Assembly: GCA_964593885.1 (NCBI GenBank)
Contig: CAZQKK010000002.1
Coordinates: 286,990-350,989, forward strand
Reading direction: 5' to 3'
Length of the DNA stretch: 64,000 nt
Source of the DNA: an uncultured Candidatus Saccharibacteria bacterium
Lineage (GTDB): Bacteria > Patescibacteriota > UBA1384 > CAILIB01
Shown: positions 9,235 through 20,608 of the stretch, piece by piece
Numbering within the stretch: the first letter of the stretch is position 1
Layout of the letters: each line of letters begins with the position of its first letter
The notes under the pieces: generated by a model
Told to the model about the DNA's origin: nothing
The model's input: the letters and a program-made list of their open reading frames with translations, nothing else
Database searches by the model: none
Made by a program: the position numbers and the translations under genes

Positions 9235-10735
9235 ATCCCTTACCGCAGAGCTTAAGGCTCGCCTCGGCAGCTGGAAACCAACCCACAGCAACCAAGTTGT
9301 TGGGGTAGTTGAGCGCGTCGCCGATGGTATCACCCGCATCAGCGGCCTCCCAAAAACCAAAGCTGGTGAAAAACTCCACATCCAAACCCCTGCCGGCCCT
9401 GTAGCCGCCCTCGCCCTCAACCTTGAGGAAGAGACTATCGGTGCGGTAATCCTTGGCGAAGCCAGCGGTGTGGTAGCCGGTATGACCGTGATTGGAACTG
9501 GCGAAGTTGCCACCATCCCGGTTGGCCCAGACTTTGTTGGCCGAGTGGTAAATGTCTTGGGAGAACCCCTGGACGGCAAGGGAGCCATCAAAGCAGCCGC
9601 ATCCTACCCAATTGAGAAGGTTGCCCCTGGTGTTATCACCCGCGAGAGCGTCAGCCAACCTGTTCAAACCGGAATTAAGGCTATTGATGCAATGATTCCC
9701 ATTGGACGTGGACAGCGTGAGCTGATCATTGGAGACCGTGGAACCGGAAAGACAGCTGTAGCCATTGATACCATCATCAACCAGAAGGGTAGCGGCATCA
9801 CCTGCATCTACGTTGCCATCGGCCAGAAGGAATCCAAGATCGCGCGTCTCCGTGCCAAGCTTGAAGCCGAAGGCGCCATGGCCCACACCATCATCGTGGT
9901 TGCTGGTGCTTCAGATCCTGCCCCACAGCAGTTCCTCGCCCCATACGCTGGTTGCGCCCTAGGAGAGTACATCATGGACCAAGGCGGAGACGCCCTCATC
10001 ATCTACGATGACCTCACGAAGCACGCCAACGCCTACCGTGAGATTTCACTCCTCCTCCGCCGCCCACCAGGTCGTGAAGCCTACCCAGGTGACGTTTTCT
10101 ACCTCCACTCTCGCCTCCTTGAGCGCGCTGCCAAGCTTAACAAAGATTTTGGCGGAGGCTCACTCACCGCTCTCCCAATCATTGAAACGCAAGCTGGAGA
10201 CGTTTCTGCCTACATTCCAACTAACGTGATCTCCATCACCGATGGTCAGATCTACCTGGAATCAGAGCTCTTCTACCAAGGTGTAAGGCCAGCAGTAAAC
10301 GTGGGACTCTCAGTTTCGCGTGTTGGAGGATCCGCCCAGATCAAGCCTATGAAGAAGGTTGCAGGACAGCTCAGGCTTGAGCTTGCCCAGTACCGCGAGC
10401 TGGCTGCCTTCGCCCAGTTTGGTTCAGACCTCGATCCCGAGACCAAGTCACGCATCGAGCGTGGGAAGCGCCTCACCGAGCTCTTGAAGCAGCCTCAGTA
10501 CGCTCCCGCTCCTGTTGAGGAACAGGTAACCCTCGTCTACGCCGGTACCAACGGTCTCCTAGACAAGGTGCCAGCTGAGAAAACCGTAGAAGCAGGCAGC
10601 TTCATCGCCACTGAGCTCTCACGTTCTGAGAAAGCTCTCATGAAAACCATCGCCTCAGGAACCTGGGATGATGAAACAGCTGCCAAACTAAAGGCAGCAA
10701 TTGAGACAGCCGTTACTGATTTCCTCAAGATCTAA
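9227..10735 (+). CDS. atpA: ATP synthase F1 alpha subunit
   Basis: GDRGTGKT Walker A, full-length alpha homology. Confidence 0.95.
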   Translation: MSESLTAELKARLGSWKPTHSNQVVGVVERVADGITRISGLPKTKAGEKLHIQTPAGPVAALALNLEEETIGAVILGEASGVVAGMTVIGTGEVATIPVGPDFVGRVVNVLGEPLDGKGAIKAAASYPIEKVAPGVITRESVSQPVQTGIKAIDAMIPIGRGQRELIIGDRGTGKTAVAIDTIINQKGSGITCIYVAIGQKESKIARLRAKLEAEGAMAHTIIVVAGASDPAPQQFLAPYAGCALGEYIMDQGGDALIIYDDLTKHANAYREISLLLRRPPGREAYPGDVFYLHSRLLERAAKLNKDFGGGSLTALPIIETQAGDVSAYIPTNVISITDGQIYLESELFYQGVRPAVNVGLSVSRVGGSAQIKPMKKVAGQLRLELAQYRELAAFAQFGSDLDPETKSRIERGKRLTELLKQPQYAPAPVEEQVTLVYAGTNGLLDKVPAEKTVEAGSFIATELSRSEKALMKTIASGTWDDETAAKLKAAIETAVTDFLKI

Positions 10736-10738
10736 GCC

Positions 10739-11611
10739 ATGCCATCCACCCGGGAGCTTCGAGCTCGGATTAAGTCGGTGAAGTCCACCCGCCAGATTAC
10801 CAAGGCGATGGAGCTGGTTGCTGCCGCAAAAATGCGCAAAGCCAGTGAAGCAACCCTCACCAGCAGACCCTACGTGAAGCGTGCCAGTGAGGTTGTCTTT
10901 GACCTCATCAAACGTCCCGTTGCAGGGGTTACCCACCCGCTCATTGCTGATAGAGAGGTGAAGAGCGTCCTCGTCTTTGCCATTGCTTCAGACCGAGGTT
11001 TAGCCGGTGCTTACAATGCTAACCTTGGGAAGGCCACCCTCAGCTTCTTTAAAGAGCAGGAAGGTCTTGGAAGGAAGGTAGGCTTCCTGAGCATGGGAAA
11101 GAGCATCGATAGGCTACTGCGAAAAGCTGGGGTAAACCTCATCCAGAGCTACCAGCACACCCCAACCCACCCAACCACCGCAGACCTCGTACCCATCAGT
11201 AAGTACATGGTTGAGAGTTTCCTTTCAGGCAAGGTTGACCAGGTGGTAGTTGCCTACACGGACTTTAGATCGCTCTTGGCCCAAGATGTGGTGCTCAAGA
11301 CAGTCCTTCCGCTCAACCCACCAACCCCAGAGCACCCGCTGGATGACAACCGCCACTTCAAGTACGAGCCCTCCCCTACAGCAGTTCTCAACGCCGTACT
11401 CCCCCGTCTCCTTGAGGCAGAGCTCTACCAGTGCCTCCAGGAATCCCTCGCCTCAGAGCACGCCTCACGGAGGATGGCGATGAAGAGCGCCACCGACAAC
11501 GCCTCTGACATGATCGACGACCTCACCCTCACCTACAACGGTGTCAGGCAAGGGAGCATCACCCAAGAACTTGCAGAAATTACCGGCGGCGCGGCAGCCC
11601 TCGGAGCGTAA
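10739..11611 (+). CDS. atpG: ATP synthase F1 gamma subunit
   Basis: MPSTRELRARIKSVKSTRQITKAMELVAAAKMRKA N-terminus and conserved C-terminal helix. Confidence 0.9.
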   Translation: MPSTRELRARIKSVKSTRQITKAMELVAAAKMRKASEATLTSRPYVKRASEVVFDLIKRPVAGVTHPLIADREVKSVLVFAIASDRGLAGAYNANLGKATLSFFKEQEGLGRKVGFLSMGKSIDRLLRKAGVNLIQSYQHTPTHPTTADLVPISKYMVESFLSGKVDQVVVAYTDFRSLLAQDVVLKTVLPLNPPTPEHPLDDNRHFKYEPSPTAVLNAVLPRLLEAELYQCLQESLASEHASRRMAMKSATDNASDMIDDLTLTYNGVRQGSITQELAEITGGAAALGA

Positions 11612-13006
<1,395 letters not shown>

Positions 13007-13011
13007 CTCCA

Positions 13012-13425
13012 ATGCTCACCATTGAGATTGTTACTCCCGAGAAAATCGTCCACCACCTCCACGGCACCGAGGTCATCCTTCCTACGATTGATGGCCAGAT
13101 TGGCGTGAGACCGGGGCACATTCCCCTGATCACCGTACTGAAGCCTGGCGAGATTGAGGTGAAGCACTCTTCTCACGCGCCTTCCTACTACGCGGTTGCC
13201 GGTGGGTTTGTTGAGGTACTTGGGAACGTGGTGAGAATTCTCGCTGATAGCGCTGATCGCGCTGAAGATTTGTCTGAGGAAAAGATCAACGCCGCCATCG
13301 CCCGTGCCGAGAGGATGAAGGAAGAAGCCACCGAGCAGGGACAGTTTGATGCTGCCTTTTCGCTCCTTGAGGCAAGCATTGCCAGGATGAAAGTCTTCAA
13401 GCGAAGGAAGAAACCTCGCGCCTAA
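13012..13425 (+). CDS. atpC: ATP synthase F1 epsilon subunit
   Basis: 137 aa, last gene of the operon, beta-sandwich plus C-terminal helix pattern. Confidence 0.85.
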   Translation: MLTIEIVTPEKIVHHLHGTEVILPTIDGQIGVRPGHIPLITVLKPGEIEVKHSSHAPSYYAVAGGFVEVLGNVVRILADSADRAEDLSEEKINAAIARAERMKEEATEQGQFDAAFSLLEASIARMKVFKRRKKPRA

Positions 13426-13440
13426 CGCGCAAAAAAAACG

Positions 13441-14940
13441 CTACCTACTGAGGAGGATAAGTCCCCCACCAGCCAAGGTAATAATGAGGAGGTAGAGCAT
13501 TGCCCAAGGGAACACCTCACGTACGGTGTGCCCTTCTTCTCTGTGGAGCCCAACAGAAGAAGATGCCGCCACAATGTTTGAGAGTGAGAGGGCATTTCCA
13601 GATGTTGCACCCAGTACCTGGAGCGAGAGAATGCTCGAGACTGGGTACCCTGCTGAAACCGCGGCGCTGGCCTGAACACCTCCAAAGATGATGTTTGAGA
13701 GGGTGGTACTGCCGGCGACAAATCCCCCAAGTGCTCCAATGAAAGGTGAAATGAGCGGCAGGAAGGCAGTGTCGAGACCCTGGAAGCTATACCTCACCAT
13801 GCTGGCGTACCCGGTTAGGTTCTCGCCTGAGAGTGCCATCACCTGGGTGAGTCCAACTGTGGTAACCAGGAGCACCGCTGGACGCTTGAGTCGCTTTAAC
13901 GCCTCAAAGCTAAGTCGTGGAGCCTCTGCACGTAGGTGAGGGTAGCCAATCCAGTAGACGAGTACCACTGCTAGGAAAGCGAACCCTGGGTTGAAGAGCC
14001 TGAGCATCTGTACTTCGCCCAGAGGGAGTGAGATTGGGTAGCTAGGGAGCACCACCCTGCCGGCAATGAGGAGTGACACTAGCGCTAGGTAGGGAGCCAG
14101 TACCCTGATTGGGTGGAGCGGGAGTTCGTTAGGTTCGTATGGCTTTGCCCGGTGCACCTCGCTTGGAGCAAACATCCCAAACTTGAGAGGAACAAGTGCT
14201 GCCACCAAGCCAAAGAGTGAGCCTAGGAGGGTTGGGAACTCCAAACCAATGTGCTGACTGAAGTAGTAAGCAACAGCAAAGACAGTCCCCGACCACAGTG
14301 CAAAGGGTAATCCTCCCATGAAGAATGCCTTATCTCGCTTGAGACCTTGGGTTAGGGCTGCCAGCACAATCACCGGCACGAAGAGCGATAGCATCGCCCC
14401 CAAGAAGACGGTATCTTGAGCCACCAGGGTATTTGAGAAGTCGGCGAGACCAATCCTTACCGGGGTACCAACAGCTCCAAATGATACGGGAACAGTATTA
14501 GCAACCAGCGCTAGCACCACCGCCAGCCTCGCTGAAATTCCAATGTGCACGAGGAGTGGAGCCACAATGAGCGCAGGTATGCCAAAACCAGCCGTCCCCT
14601 CGAGGAAAGCACCAAAGAACCAGACGAGGAGAATCACCTGCACCCTAATGTCACGCGAGAACTTCTCGAGGTAGTGTTCAAGTGAACTTAAGACACGTTC
14701 TGCCCGCATCACTTCAAGGAACACCAGAGCGCCAAAGAGAATCACCGAAATCTCACCCGCAATGAAGAGGGCTTTAATCCCCGCCGCCACAAAAGCGTGA
14801 GGGAGCATCTGCCAAACTCCCAGCGCCAAGACAACGGTGAGGAAGAAGCTGAAGATTGCCACCCCAAAAGCGTGTCTCCTGAGCGTTACGAGACCAACCG
14901 CAAAGACAGCAATTGGGAGGAGTGAGAGAACTACGAGCAC
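13441..14940 (-). CDS. L-lactate permease (LctP family)
   Basis: About 12 TM segments; FFGAFLEGTAGFGIPALIVAPLLV...ANTVPVSFGAVGTP matches the LctP signature region (GAFLEGAAGFGAPVAI...NTAPVAFGAMG). GTG start. Confidence 0.7.
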   Translation of the reverse strand: MLVVLSLLPIAVFAVGLVTLRRHAFGVAIFSFFLTVVLALGVWQMLPHAFVAAGIKALFIAGEISVILFGALVFLEVMRAERVLSSLEHYLEKFSRDIRVQVILLVWFFGAFLEGTAGFGIPALIVAPLLVHIGISARLAVVLALVANTVPVSFGAVGTPVRIGLADFSNTLVAQDTVFLGAMLSLFVPVIVLAALTQGLKRDKAFFMGGLPFALWSGTVFAVAYYFSQHIGLEFPTLLGSLFGLVAALVPLKFGMFAPSEVHRAKPYEPNELPLHPIRVLAPYLALVSLLIAGRVVLPSYPISLPLGEVQMLRLFNPGFAFLAVVLVYWIGYPHLRAEAPRLSFEALKRLKRPAVLLVTTVGLTQVMALSGENLTGYASMVRYSFQGLDTAFLPLISPFIGALGGFVAGSTTLSNIIFGGVQASAAVSAGYPVSSILSLQVLGATSGNALSLSNIVAASSSVGLHREEGHTVREVFPWAMLYLLIITLAGGGLILLSR

Positions 14941-14999
14941 ATCACCATTCTAGCATGGTGGCTGTAGCCTCCCCCAACCTTACTTGCTACACTGAGCGC

Positions 15000-15788
15000 A
15001 TGGAAAAATCCCAACTCCTCCAGGCTATCCGAGAGACCTACGGATCTGACACCGGAGCCCTCCTTGCAGACCTCAGCGCATCCGCCGCAAAACCAACTCC
15101 TCAAAGGGTAAATAACGGTGAGATCCTTGTGAATGTTGAAGATGTTTCGCGCACCTACAAACTTGGCAAAACAACCGTCCAGGCGCTTGATGGCGCCAAC
15201 CTCCAGGTAAAACAGGGAGAAATCATCGCTCTCACCGGGCCTTCTGGCTCCGGAAAGTCCACCCTCCTTCACCTCATTGCAGGACTTGATAAGCCCACCA
15301 GTGGGAAGATCAGCGTTGGCAAAACTGCCGTGCATACCCTCAAGGGTAACGAAGCGTCAAAGTACCGTGCCGAACAGCTCGGCTTCGTCTTCCAGTTCTT
15401 CTACCTCCAGCCTTTCCTCACCCTGAGTACCAATGTGAAGGTACCAACCATGTTTGTGAACATGACCGAGACTGAGCGAAACGAGCGTGCCAGTACTTTC
15501 ATTGAGGCAGTAGGTCTCTCTGACCGTGCCAACCACCTCCCCCGCGAACTCTCAGGTGGACAAATGCAGCGGGCTGCTATTGCCAGATCACTCACGAACC
15601 ACCCGCAGCTGATCTTGGCTGACGAACCTACCGGTAACCTCGATAGCGCAAACGCAAAACTGATTATGGAAGAGTTTGAGAAGGTCCGTGAAACCTACGG
15701 TACCACCATCATTGTTGTCACCCACGACCACCGGATTGCCGACATGGCAGACCGAGAGGTAAAAATGAAAGACGGGAGGGTACTATGA
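15000..15788 (+). CDS. ABC transporter ATP-binding protein (MacB/LolD type)
   Basis: [11 protein letters not shown] Walker [16 protein letters not shown] signature, [11 protein letters not shown] Walker B. ATG 15000 chosen; ATG 14955 also possible. Confidence 0.8.
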   Translation: MEKSQLLQAIRETYGSDTGALLADLSASAAKPTPQRVNNGEILVNVEDVSRTYKLGKTTVQALDGANLQVKQGEIIALTGPSGSGKSTLLHLIAGLDKPTSGKISVGKTAVHTLKGNEASKYRAEQLGFVFQFFYLQPFLTLSTNVKVPTMFVNMTETERNERASTFIEAVGLSDRANHLPRELSGGQMQRAAIARSLTNHPQLILADEPTGNLDSANAKLIMEEFEKVRETYGTTIIVVTHDHRIADMADREVKMKDGRVL

Positions 15789-17158
15789 ACATTCGCTACG
15801 CCAGCCTCCTCGCTGCCACCAAGTTTAGGACTCGCCTTGGGAGGAGCATCGTTACCGTTGTCGCTGCTTCCCTCGTTGCCAGCATCATGCTGGTTGCCAG
15901 CTTCTCGCTCACCGGTCTTGAGAATGGGGTAAGAGAGCTGGGCGACACCAAGCTTGCCGCCATGCACCTCGTGAAGGATAACCTCTTCGGGAGTGCCGTT
16001 AACCCAGATGGTAGCCAAGATACTTCAAAGCTTCCCTTCAAGAACCTAGACGAGTACCGCCTCTACACCAAGGATGACGGAGTTAGCGAGGTCTTCCAAG
16101 AGTACCCACTTGACCCCTTTACCTTCACCGAACCAAAGCTCACCACACCAAGCATGGATGGCGATGGCTTTAAAGGGGGCGATGGAACTTTCTCAATCTC
16201 CGCGCGCTCAGCAAAACTCTTCGCGCTCTACCTAGGCGACAACCCTCCTGCCGTAGCAAGCGGAACCGTGCCAGCAACTATCTCCCTCGATGTCTTGACT
16301 AGCCTCGCAGGGATCAAGTTTGGAGCCAAGGAAAGCGCCGAAGAGCGAGTAGCTAAGCTCCGCGATGCTGCATCAACCTGGCTAGGAAAGCAGGTAACCG
16401 TTTCTCAGACCCCCGCCCCAGAGCAGCCAGCGGTAACCACAAAGCTCACAATCCTGGGCTACTTCTCAACCTCAGGCCTCCTCAATACCGGCGAGTACAA
16501 CTCAGTGATTGTCCCCGACGATACTCTTGGAACACTTACTAGCAATCCAACCACAAAGGTGGCTGGCCTCACCTACTTCGCTTCGTTTAAGGATGAAGAC
16601 TCGCAGCTCAAGTACGTTGAGGAGGTGAATAAGCCATCGCTTGAAAATCAGTTCTACAGGTACGCTTCCCCATTTGGCAACCCGCTCCTCGCCTTCCGTG
16701 AGCTCCAGCAAACCACCCAGAAGGTCCTCGTCTACATTGTGATAGCACTCCTTGTAGCTGTTGGCATTGCCATGCTTACCACCCTCGCCAAGATTATTTC
16801 TGACAGCGAACGAGAGAGTGGGGTATTCAGGGCAATTGGGGCAAAATCACAGGACATCCTCCAGATTTACCTCACGTACAGCATTTTCGTTTCGGCAGCC
16901 GCTATTGCTGTTGCCTTCTTCATAGCCATTGCCATCTCCAGCTACCTCACCAGCAAGTACGCGCCAGACCTTACCGCCCAACTCATCTCGCTCAGTGGTA
17001 CCGCAAACACCAACACCAACATTTCACTCATCGGCTTCAACCTCCTCCACGTTATTGGGGTGTGCTTTGCCGTTGCAGTTGCAGGGGTACTTGGCACGCT
17101 CATTCCCCTCTCAAACCTGCTCAGACAAGACCCTATCAAGGCCCTTCGAGCAGACTAA
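15785..17158 (+). CDS. ABC transporter permease, FtsX/MacB-like (N-terminal TM, large periplasmic domain, C-terminal 3-TM bundle)
   Basis: ATGA overlap with the ATPase gene; topology typical of FtsX-fold permeases. Confidence 0.7.
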   Translation: MNIRYASLLAATKFRTRLGRSIVTVVAASLVASIMLVASFSLTGLENGVRELGDTKLAAMHLVKDNLFGSAVNPDGSQDTSKLPFKNLDEYRLYTKDDGVSEVFQEYPLDPFTFTEPKLTTPSMDGDGFKGGDGTFSISARSAKLFALYLGDNPPAVASGTVPATISLDVLTSLAGIKFGAKESAEERVAKLRDAASTWLGKQVTVSQTPAPEQPAVTTKLTILGYFSTSGLLNTGEYNSVIVPDDTLGTLTSNPTTKVAGLTYFASFKDEDSQLKYVEEVNKPSLENQFYRYASPFGNPLLAFRELQQTTQKVLVYIVIALLVAVGIAMLTTLAKIISDSERESGVFRAIGAKSQDILQIYLTYSIFVSAAAIAVAFFIAIAISSYLTSKYAPDLTAQLISLSGTANTNTNISLIGFNLLHVIGVCFAVAVAGVLGTLIPLSNLLRQDPIKALRAD

Positions 17159-17182
17159 AAAACCACCCGGATTGGGTGGTTG
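17155..17182 (-). terminator. Rho-independent terminator (works for the - strand; the hairpin also sits right after the + strand ABC operon)
   Basis: AACCACCC-GGAUU-GGGUGGUU hairpin with an A-run on + (a U-run on -). Confidence 0.55.
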
Positions 17183-17192
17183 AGAAATGAGA

Positions 17193-17888
17193 TTAGCGGT
17201 GGACTCTCCGCTTCTTCGTGACACCAATGAGCGCACCGTAGTTGGGAACCAGCGGAGCGATGTGGTGTGGATGCGCAATAGGCGTCCCGTACAGACAGTA
17301 CGTCACCACTCGTTCTCGCTCAGTCTGACCGAGGAGCAGGAACTGCCGATGCATGAAGGCATCATCCCGAATCCTGAGCTCCGCCCGGGTTCGCTTCAGG
17401 TGGTCGTGCATCTCATGGACGTCGGTCCCACGCGTCAGTACGGCATCCGGTAGCCGAGTGAGGATAGCGTCCTGGAAGAACCAGGCGTGCCGAGGGTTGA
17501 GGAAGATCCTTTCACCCTCTTGCTTCCCAACCATCAGGAGTTCTGGAATTTCCTCAGATTCCTGGAAGTTGGTAGCAGCGAGAGCCATGAAGCACCCCCG
17601 TTTCTGCCCGGCGCCGTAGCCACCTTTGGCAAGTCCCAAGAGCGGGAACTCTCTGCATGCGCCAACCTTCAGGAAGTGCCTGAGGCCGCCAAGGTGGTGC
17701 CCATTACCACCCAGAACCAGGCCGTAGTCGTGGCAACTGCGCAGCGATGCGCTCCTCACCAGCGTGTCGTTTGCCGGAACCAGTCCGACAGAAGTGTTTC
17801 GAAGTTGGAGAGCGGGGCTCTCCGTTCCAATCCAAGTAAGAATACTGATTGTTTTCCTCGTGAGCACATCGGTGGTCCGATAGCTCAC
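17193..17888 (-). CDS. hypothetical ORF with GTG start; possibly the decayed C-terminal part of the upstream photolyase-related gene
   Basis: 231-codon ORF with no ATG start. Lies directly downstream of the truncated DPRP ORF. An in-frame TAA sits just upstream of the GTG. Coding status uncertain. Confidence 0.3.
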   Translation of the reverse strand: MSYRTTDVLTRKTISILTWIGTESPALQLRNTSVGLVPANDTLVRSASLRSCHDYGLVLGGNGHHLGGLRHFLKVGACREFPLLGLAKGGYGAGQKRGCFMALAATNFQESEEIPELLMVGKQEGERIFLNPRHAWFFQDAILTRLPDAVLTRGTDVHEMHDHLKRTRAELRIRDDAFMHRQFLLLGQTERERVVTYCLYGTPIAHPHHIAPLVPNYGALIGVTKKRRVHR

Positions 17889-17937
17889 CCGGACTATACC
17901 TGGTTACAACCTGAAATCAAGGCTACCTGCAAGTGAG

Positions 17938-18882
17938 CTACGCCTGGAAACGCTGCCACTCACGTTTGAGTATGGGTCTGAGGAAAGCTTCTATCGCTGC
18001 TGGTGAAGCCAGTTTCTGCTGGAGTAATCGTGTTGTGACAGTACTGGGGAGTAGTAAACCAAGCATGACGCTGGGGAGTACGTACTTTTCGCAGACACTC
18101 TCGGGCGCCGCTTGCCAGTCACCTTCAAGGACGTACTCAAGCTGGTCTTCGGCATCGGCAAAGGTTACCGGAGATGGCACGCCTGCCACTCCCCCCTTAA
18201 CCCGTGGGAAGTGCTCTGCAACGTAAGTTGCCGCTTCTTCAACGTACCGATTCCTCTCAGGAAGGGTAATTGCTAGGGTGTACTTTCGCTTTGGAACTTG
18301 GGGAAGTTTCCAGCTCCCTCCAACGGGGTCACCCTTACCATCAACCAGAATACTGAGCTTTTGGCGTAGGAAAGCGGTGAACCTTGAGCCAACCTTTTCT
18401 TCGCCCTTTAACTCGTTACGCAAACTTTCTGTGAGCAAGAAACCCTGACTTGCCACCACCTCAAGTGAAATCCGGTTGAGCTTGCATACCTTTACTAACT
18501 CTCGCTCTTCTTTCATGGTTGGGAGTGGGTAGGTTTGAAGTGCTGTAACGCCAGAAGCAGCAAGGTGTTTCACCACAGATTGCAGACTTGGGTGTACCGA
18601 AGCTTCTAGGTAGTCAACCTGGTACCCCTTTACCAAAAGCCTCTCGCGTAATGCTTGGAGTGAGGCTCGGTAGGTAACTAGCTCAGCCTTTGTGGCCTTC
18701 TGGTTCCTGAAGTACTTGGGTAGCTCAACCACTACCACCTTCTGCTCACGAGGAAGGTTGAGGATTGATCGATGGAGCTGGGTGGGAAGCACCAGGAAGT
18801 GTGGGTGTGAGGTCATCTTCCCACTACTACACCAGGACAAACCTGAAACGTCAACCTGGTAACCTGGTAAAAGTGACCTCAT
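17938..18882 (-). CDS. deoxyribodipyrimidine photolyase-related protein (DPRP family), truncated at the GWREF motif
   Basis: RNQKATKAELVTYRASLQALRERLLVKGYQVDY, FLRQKLSILVDGKGDPVGGSWKLP and SVMLGLLLPSTV...IEAFLRPILKREWQRF follow the DPRP and early FAD-binding-domain consensus. The ORF stops right in the (I/L)GWREF box. Confidence 0.55.
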   Translation of the reverse strand: MRSLLPGYQVDVSGLSWCSSGKMTSHPHFLVLPTQLHRSILNLPREQKVVVVELPKYFRNQKATKAELVTYRASLQALRERLLVKGYQVDYLEASVHPSLQSVVKHLAASGVTALQTYPLPTMKEERELVKVCKLNRISLEVVASQGFLLTESLRNELKGEEKVGSRFTAFLRQKLSILVDGKGDPVGGSWKLPQVPKRKYTLAITLPERNRYVEEAATYVAEHFPRVKGGVAGVPSPVTFADAEDQLEYVLEGDWQAAPESVCEKYVLPSVMLGLLLPSTVTTRLLQQKLASPAAIEAFLRPILKREWQRFQA

Positions 18883-18896
18883 TCACCCCGTGAGTA

Positions 18897-18924
18897 CTTG
18901 AAAAAAACGCAAAACATGCTACTA
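18897..18924 (+). promoter_or_regulatory. sigma70-like promoter TTGAAA-16-TACTAT
   Basis: Precedes the RBS AAGGAG and ATG 18979. Confidence 0.45.
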
Positions 18925-18978
18925 TTTCGTAGCTTTCTCACCTGCCCTCGCAAGACGTCACTGAGAAGGAGAACCCCT

Positions 18979-19635
18979 ATGGAAAACCTGGCTCCTATCG
19001 CCTGTGGACAGGCGCTCGCACTCCTCTATAAGGAAGAGTTAAACCTCCACCGCTTTGCGGTGGCGCTCGGTACCATGTACGGATATGAATCTGACCAGTG
19101 GCCAGAAGCAATTTCGAACATTTCGCGTTTCTCGGTTTCAAAAGGTTCACACTCCTTCGACGAACTTGTAGAAGCGGCAGGAGTATACGATACTACGCTC
19201 CCCCACCGAGGATCGTTGCAACTCGTACGATCGTACCGACACATCCATGCCCCTCCTGACGGCGAAGAAGGAGAGAAGCCCTACAACTTTGTTATGGGAC
19301 AACTCACCTTTCCCGTAGACAGACTCCAGGGAGAACACTTCGGTGTTGTTCCAGGAAACTACATGGCTGAAAGCCTGGCTCAGCTCCTTGCAGTTGCAGC
19401 AATCACCAATGGTCAACTCAAGGAGGGCTACGTACCGCTCCTTGCAGAAAGCCTCGGGAGAACAAAGAAGCCACTCCCCACTTCTTCGGAAGATCCTATC
19501 TGGGGAATCATCGCCTATGCTCCCGACAAGGATGTGAAGCGCTTCGCAGCTGTCGGCCTCATAGGTCAGGATACTAACCTGATCTACGCCGGTGCTGTCC
19601 TGGGTGTCTCCTACCCCCGCTGCAGACTGAAGTAG
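18979..19635 (+). CDS. hotdog-fold (FabA/FabZ-like dehydratase-type) protein
   Basis: GEHFGVVPGNYMAESLAQLLAVAAI resembles the FabZ HFPG-PVMPGVL-EA-AQ core; ATG 18979 with AAGGAG RBS. Confidence 0.5.
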   Translation: MENLAPIACGQALALLYKEELNLHRFAVALGTMYGYESDQWPEAISNISRFSVSKGSHSFDELVEAAGVYDTTLPHRGSLQLVRSYRHIHAPPDGEEGEKPYNFVMGQLTFPVDRLQGEHFGVVPGNYMAESLAQLLAVAAITNGQLKEGYVPLLAESLGRTKKPLPTSSEDPIWGIIAYAPDKDVKRFAAVGLIGQDTNLIYAGAVLGVSYPRCRLK

Positions 19636-19644
19636 TAAGATCTC

Positions 19645-19670
19645 AACCCACCACCACGGTGGGTTTTTTC
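19645..19670 (+). terminator. Rho-independent terminator after the hotdog gene
   Basis: CCCACC-ACCAC-GGUGGG followed by UUUUUUC. Confidence 0.6.
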
Positions 19671-19711
19671 GTGGGTTCGTCCCACAAGCGGCTTTAGGCT
19701 ACAATCGTGGT

Positions 19712-20608
19712 ATGCCTTCACACACCACAGCATCTCAACGAGTCTCACTGCAGTTCCTCCTCAAGACCTCGCGTCCACGCTTCTGGATGTACGTCATGGG
19801 ACCAGTGGTTCTTGGCTTCCTTGCCGCAACACCATCTCTCGCCCTCCTACCGTTTGCCGCCTACCTCCTGATCTACTTTTCCTTTCCTGCAAACCTTCTC
19901 ATCTACGGGGTGAACGACATCTTTGACTTCGCCACAGACCAGCACAACGCAAAGAAGGGTACCTACGAGGTGCTCCTCCAACCAAGTCAGCGCAAGAAAG
20001 TCTGGCTAACCATCATTGCGCTCAACCTCATCTTCCTCGTGCCACTGATGTACCTTGAATTGAGCCACGGTGGCTTCTTGGTGAGCCTCTCCCTTCTCGG
20101 CTTCCTCTTCTTCGGTATCTTCTACTCGGCTCCTCCTATCAGGGCAAAGGAAATTCCTTTCCTAGACAGCTTTTTCAACATCCTCTACGTTTTTCCAGGC
20201 ATTGCCGCCTACCTGGTGGGGGGTGGGAACAAGATTAACATTCCTATCCTCGTGGCTGCCACTGCCTGGTGCATGGCCATGCACGCCTTCTCAGCCGTAC
20301 CTGATATTGCGGCAGACAAGAAGGCGAAGCTCAGAACGGTGGCCACGTACCTCGGTGAGCGAAAAACCATCATCTTCTGCGCTTGTCTCTACGGCCTCGC
20401 CACCTTACTGACATACCCAAGCCTGGGCAATCAGGTTGCGCTCCTGGGTGCAGGATACGTAGGCATCATGGTGAGTTCGCTCCAAAAGACACCAAAAAAG
20501 GCGTCTCAACCAGACGCCATCTTTGCTACCTACAAGAGCTTTCCCCTGCTCAATACTCTGGCGGGAACCGTCCTCACCCTCCTCCTGCTACGCCAGTGGC
20601 TCAGCTAG
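19712..20608 (+). CDS. UbiA-family prenyltransferase (NDIFDFATDQ motif); candidate lycopene elongase-type enzyme given its neighbourhood
   Basis: 8-9 TM helices, NDxxDxxxD motif; convergent and 21-nt overlapping with crtI. Confidence 0.7.
   Translation: MPSHTTASQRVSLQFLLKTSRPRFWMYVMGPVVLGFLAATPSLALLPFAAYLLIYFSFPANLLIYGVNDIFDFATDQHNAKKGTYEVLLQPSQRKKVWLTIIALNLIFLVPLMYLELSHGGFLVSLSLLGFLFFGIFYSAPPIRAKEIPFLDSFFNILYVFPGIAAYLVGGGNKINIPILVAATAWCMAMHAFSAVPDIAADKKAKLRTVATYLGERKTIIFCACLYGLATLLTYPSLGNQVALLGAGYVGIMVSSLQKTPKKASQPDAIFATYKSFPLLNTLAGTVLTLLLLRQWLS

Noticed and set aside
9203-9886. 227-aa reverse-strand ORF (and 9223..9591) inside atpA
   Set aside because: Antisense to a highly conserved gene with low-complexity G/A/S-rich translation; a typical GC-driven shadow ORF.
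13417-13440. Hairpin CGCG-CCUAA-CGCG with A8 run after atpC as operon terminator
   Set aside because: Stem only 4 bp, followed by A rather than U on the operon strand, and not followed by a strong U-run on the opposite strand either; not convincing as an intrinsic terminator.
18898-18978. Upstream extension of the hotdog-fold ORF (track start 18898)
   Set aside because: The extension overlaps the TTGAAA-16-TACTAT promoter and has no RBS; the ATG at 18979 is preceded by AAGGAG.
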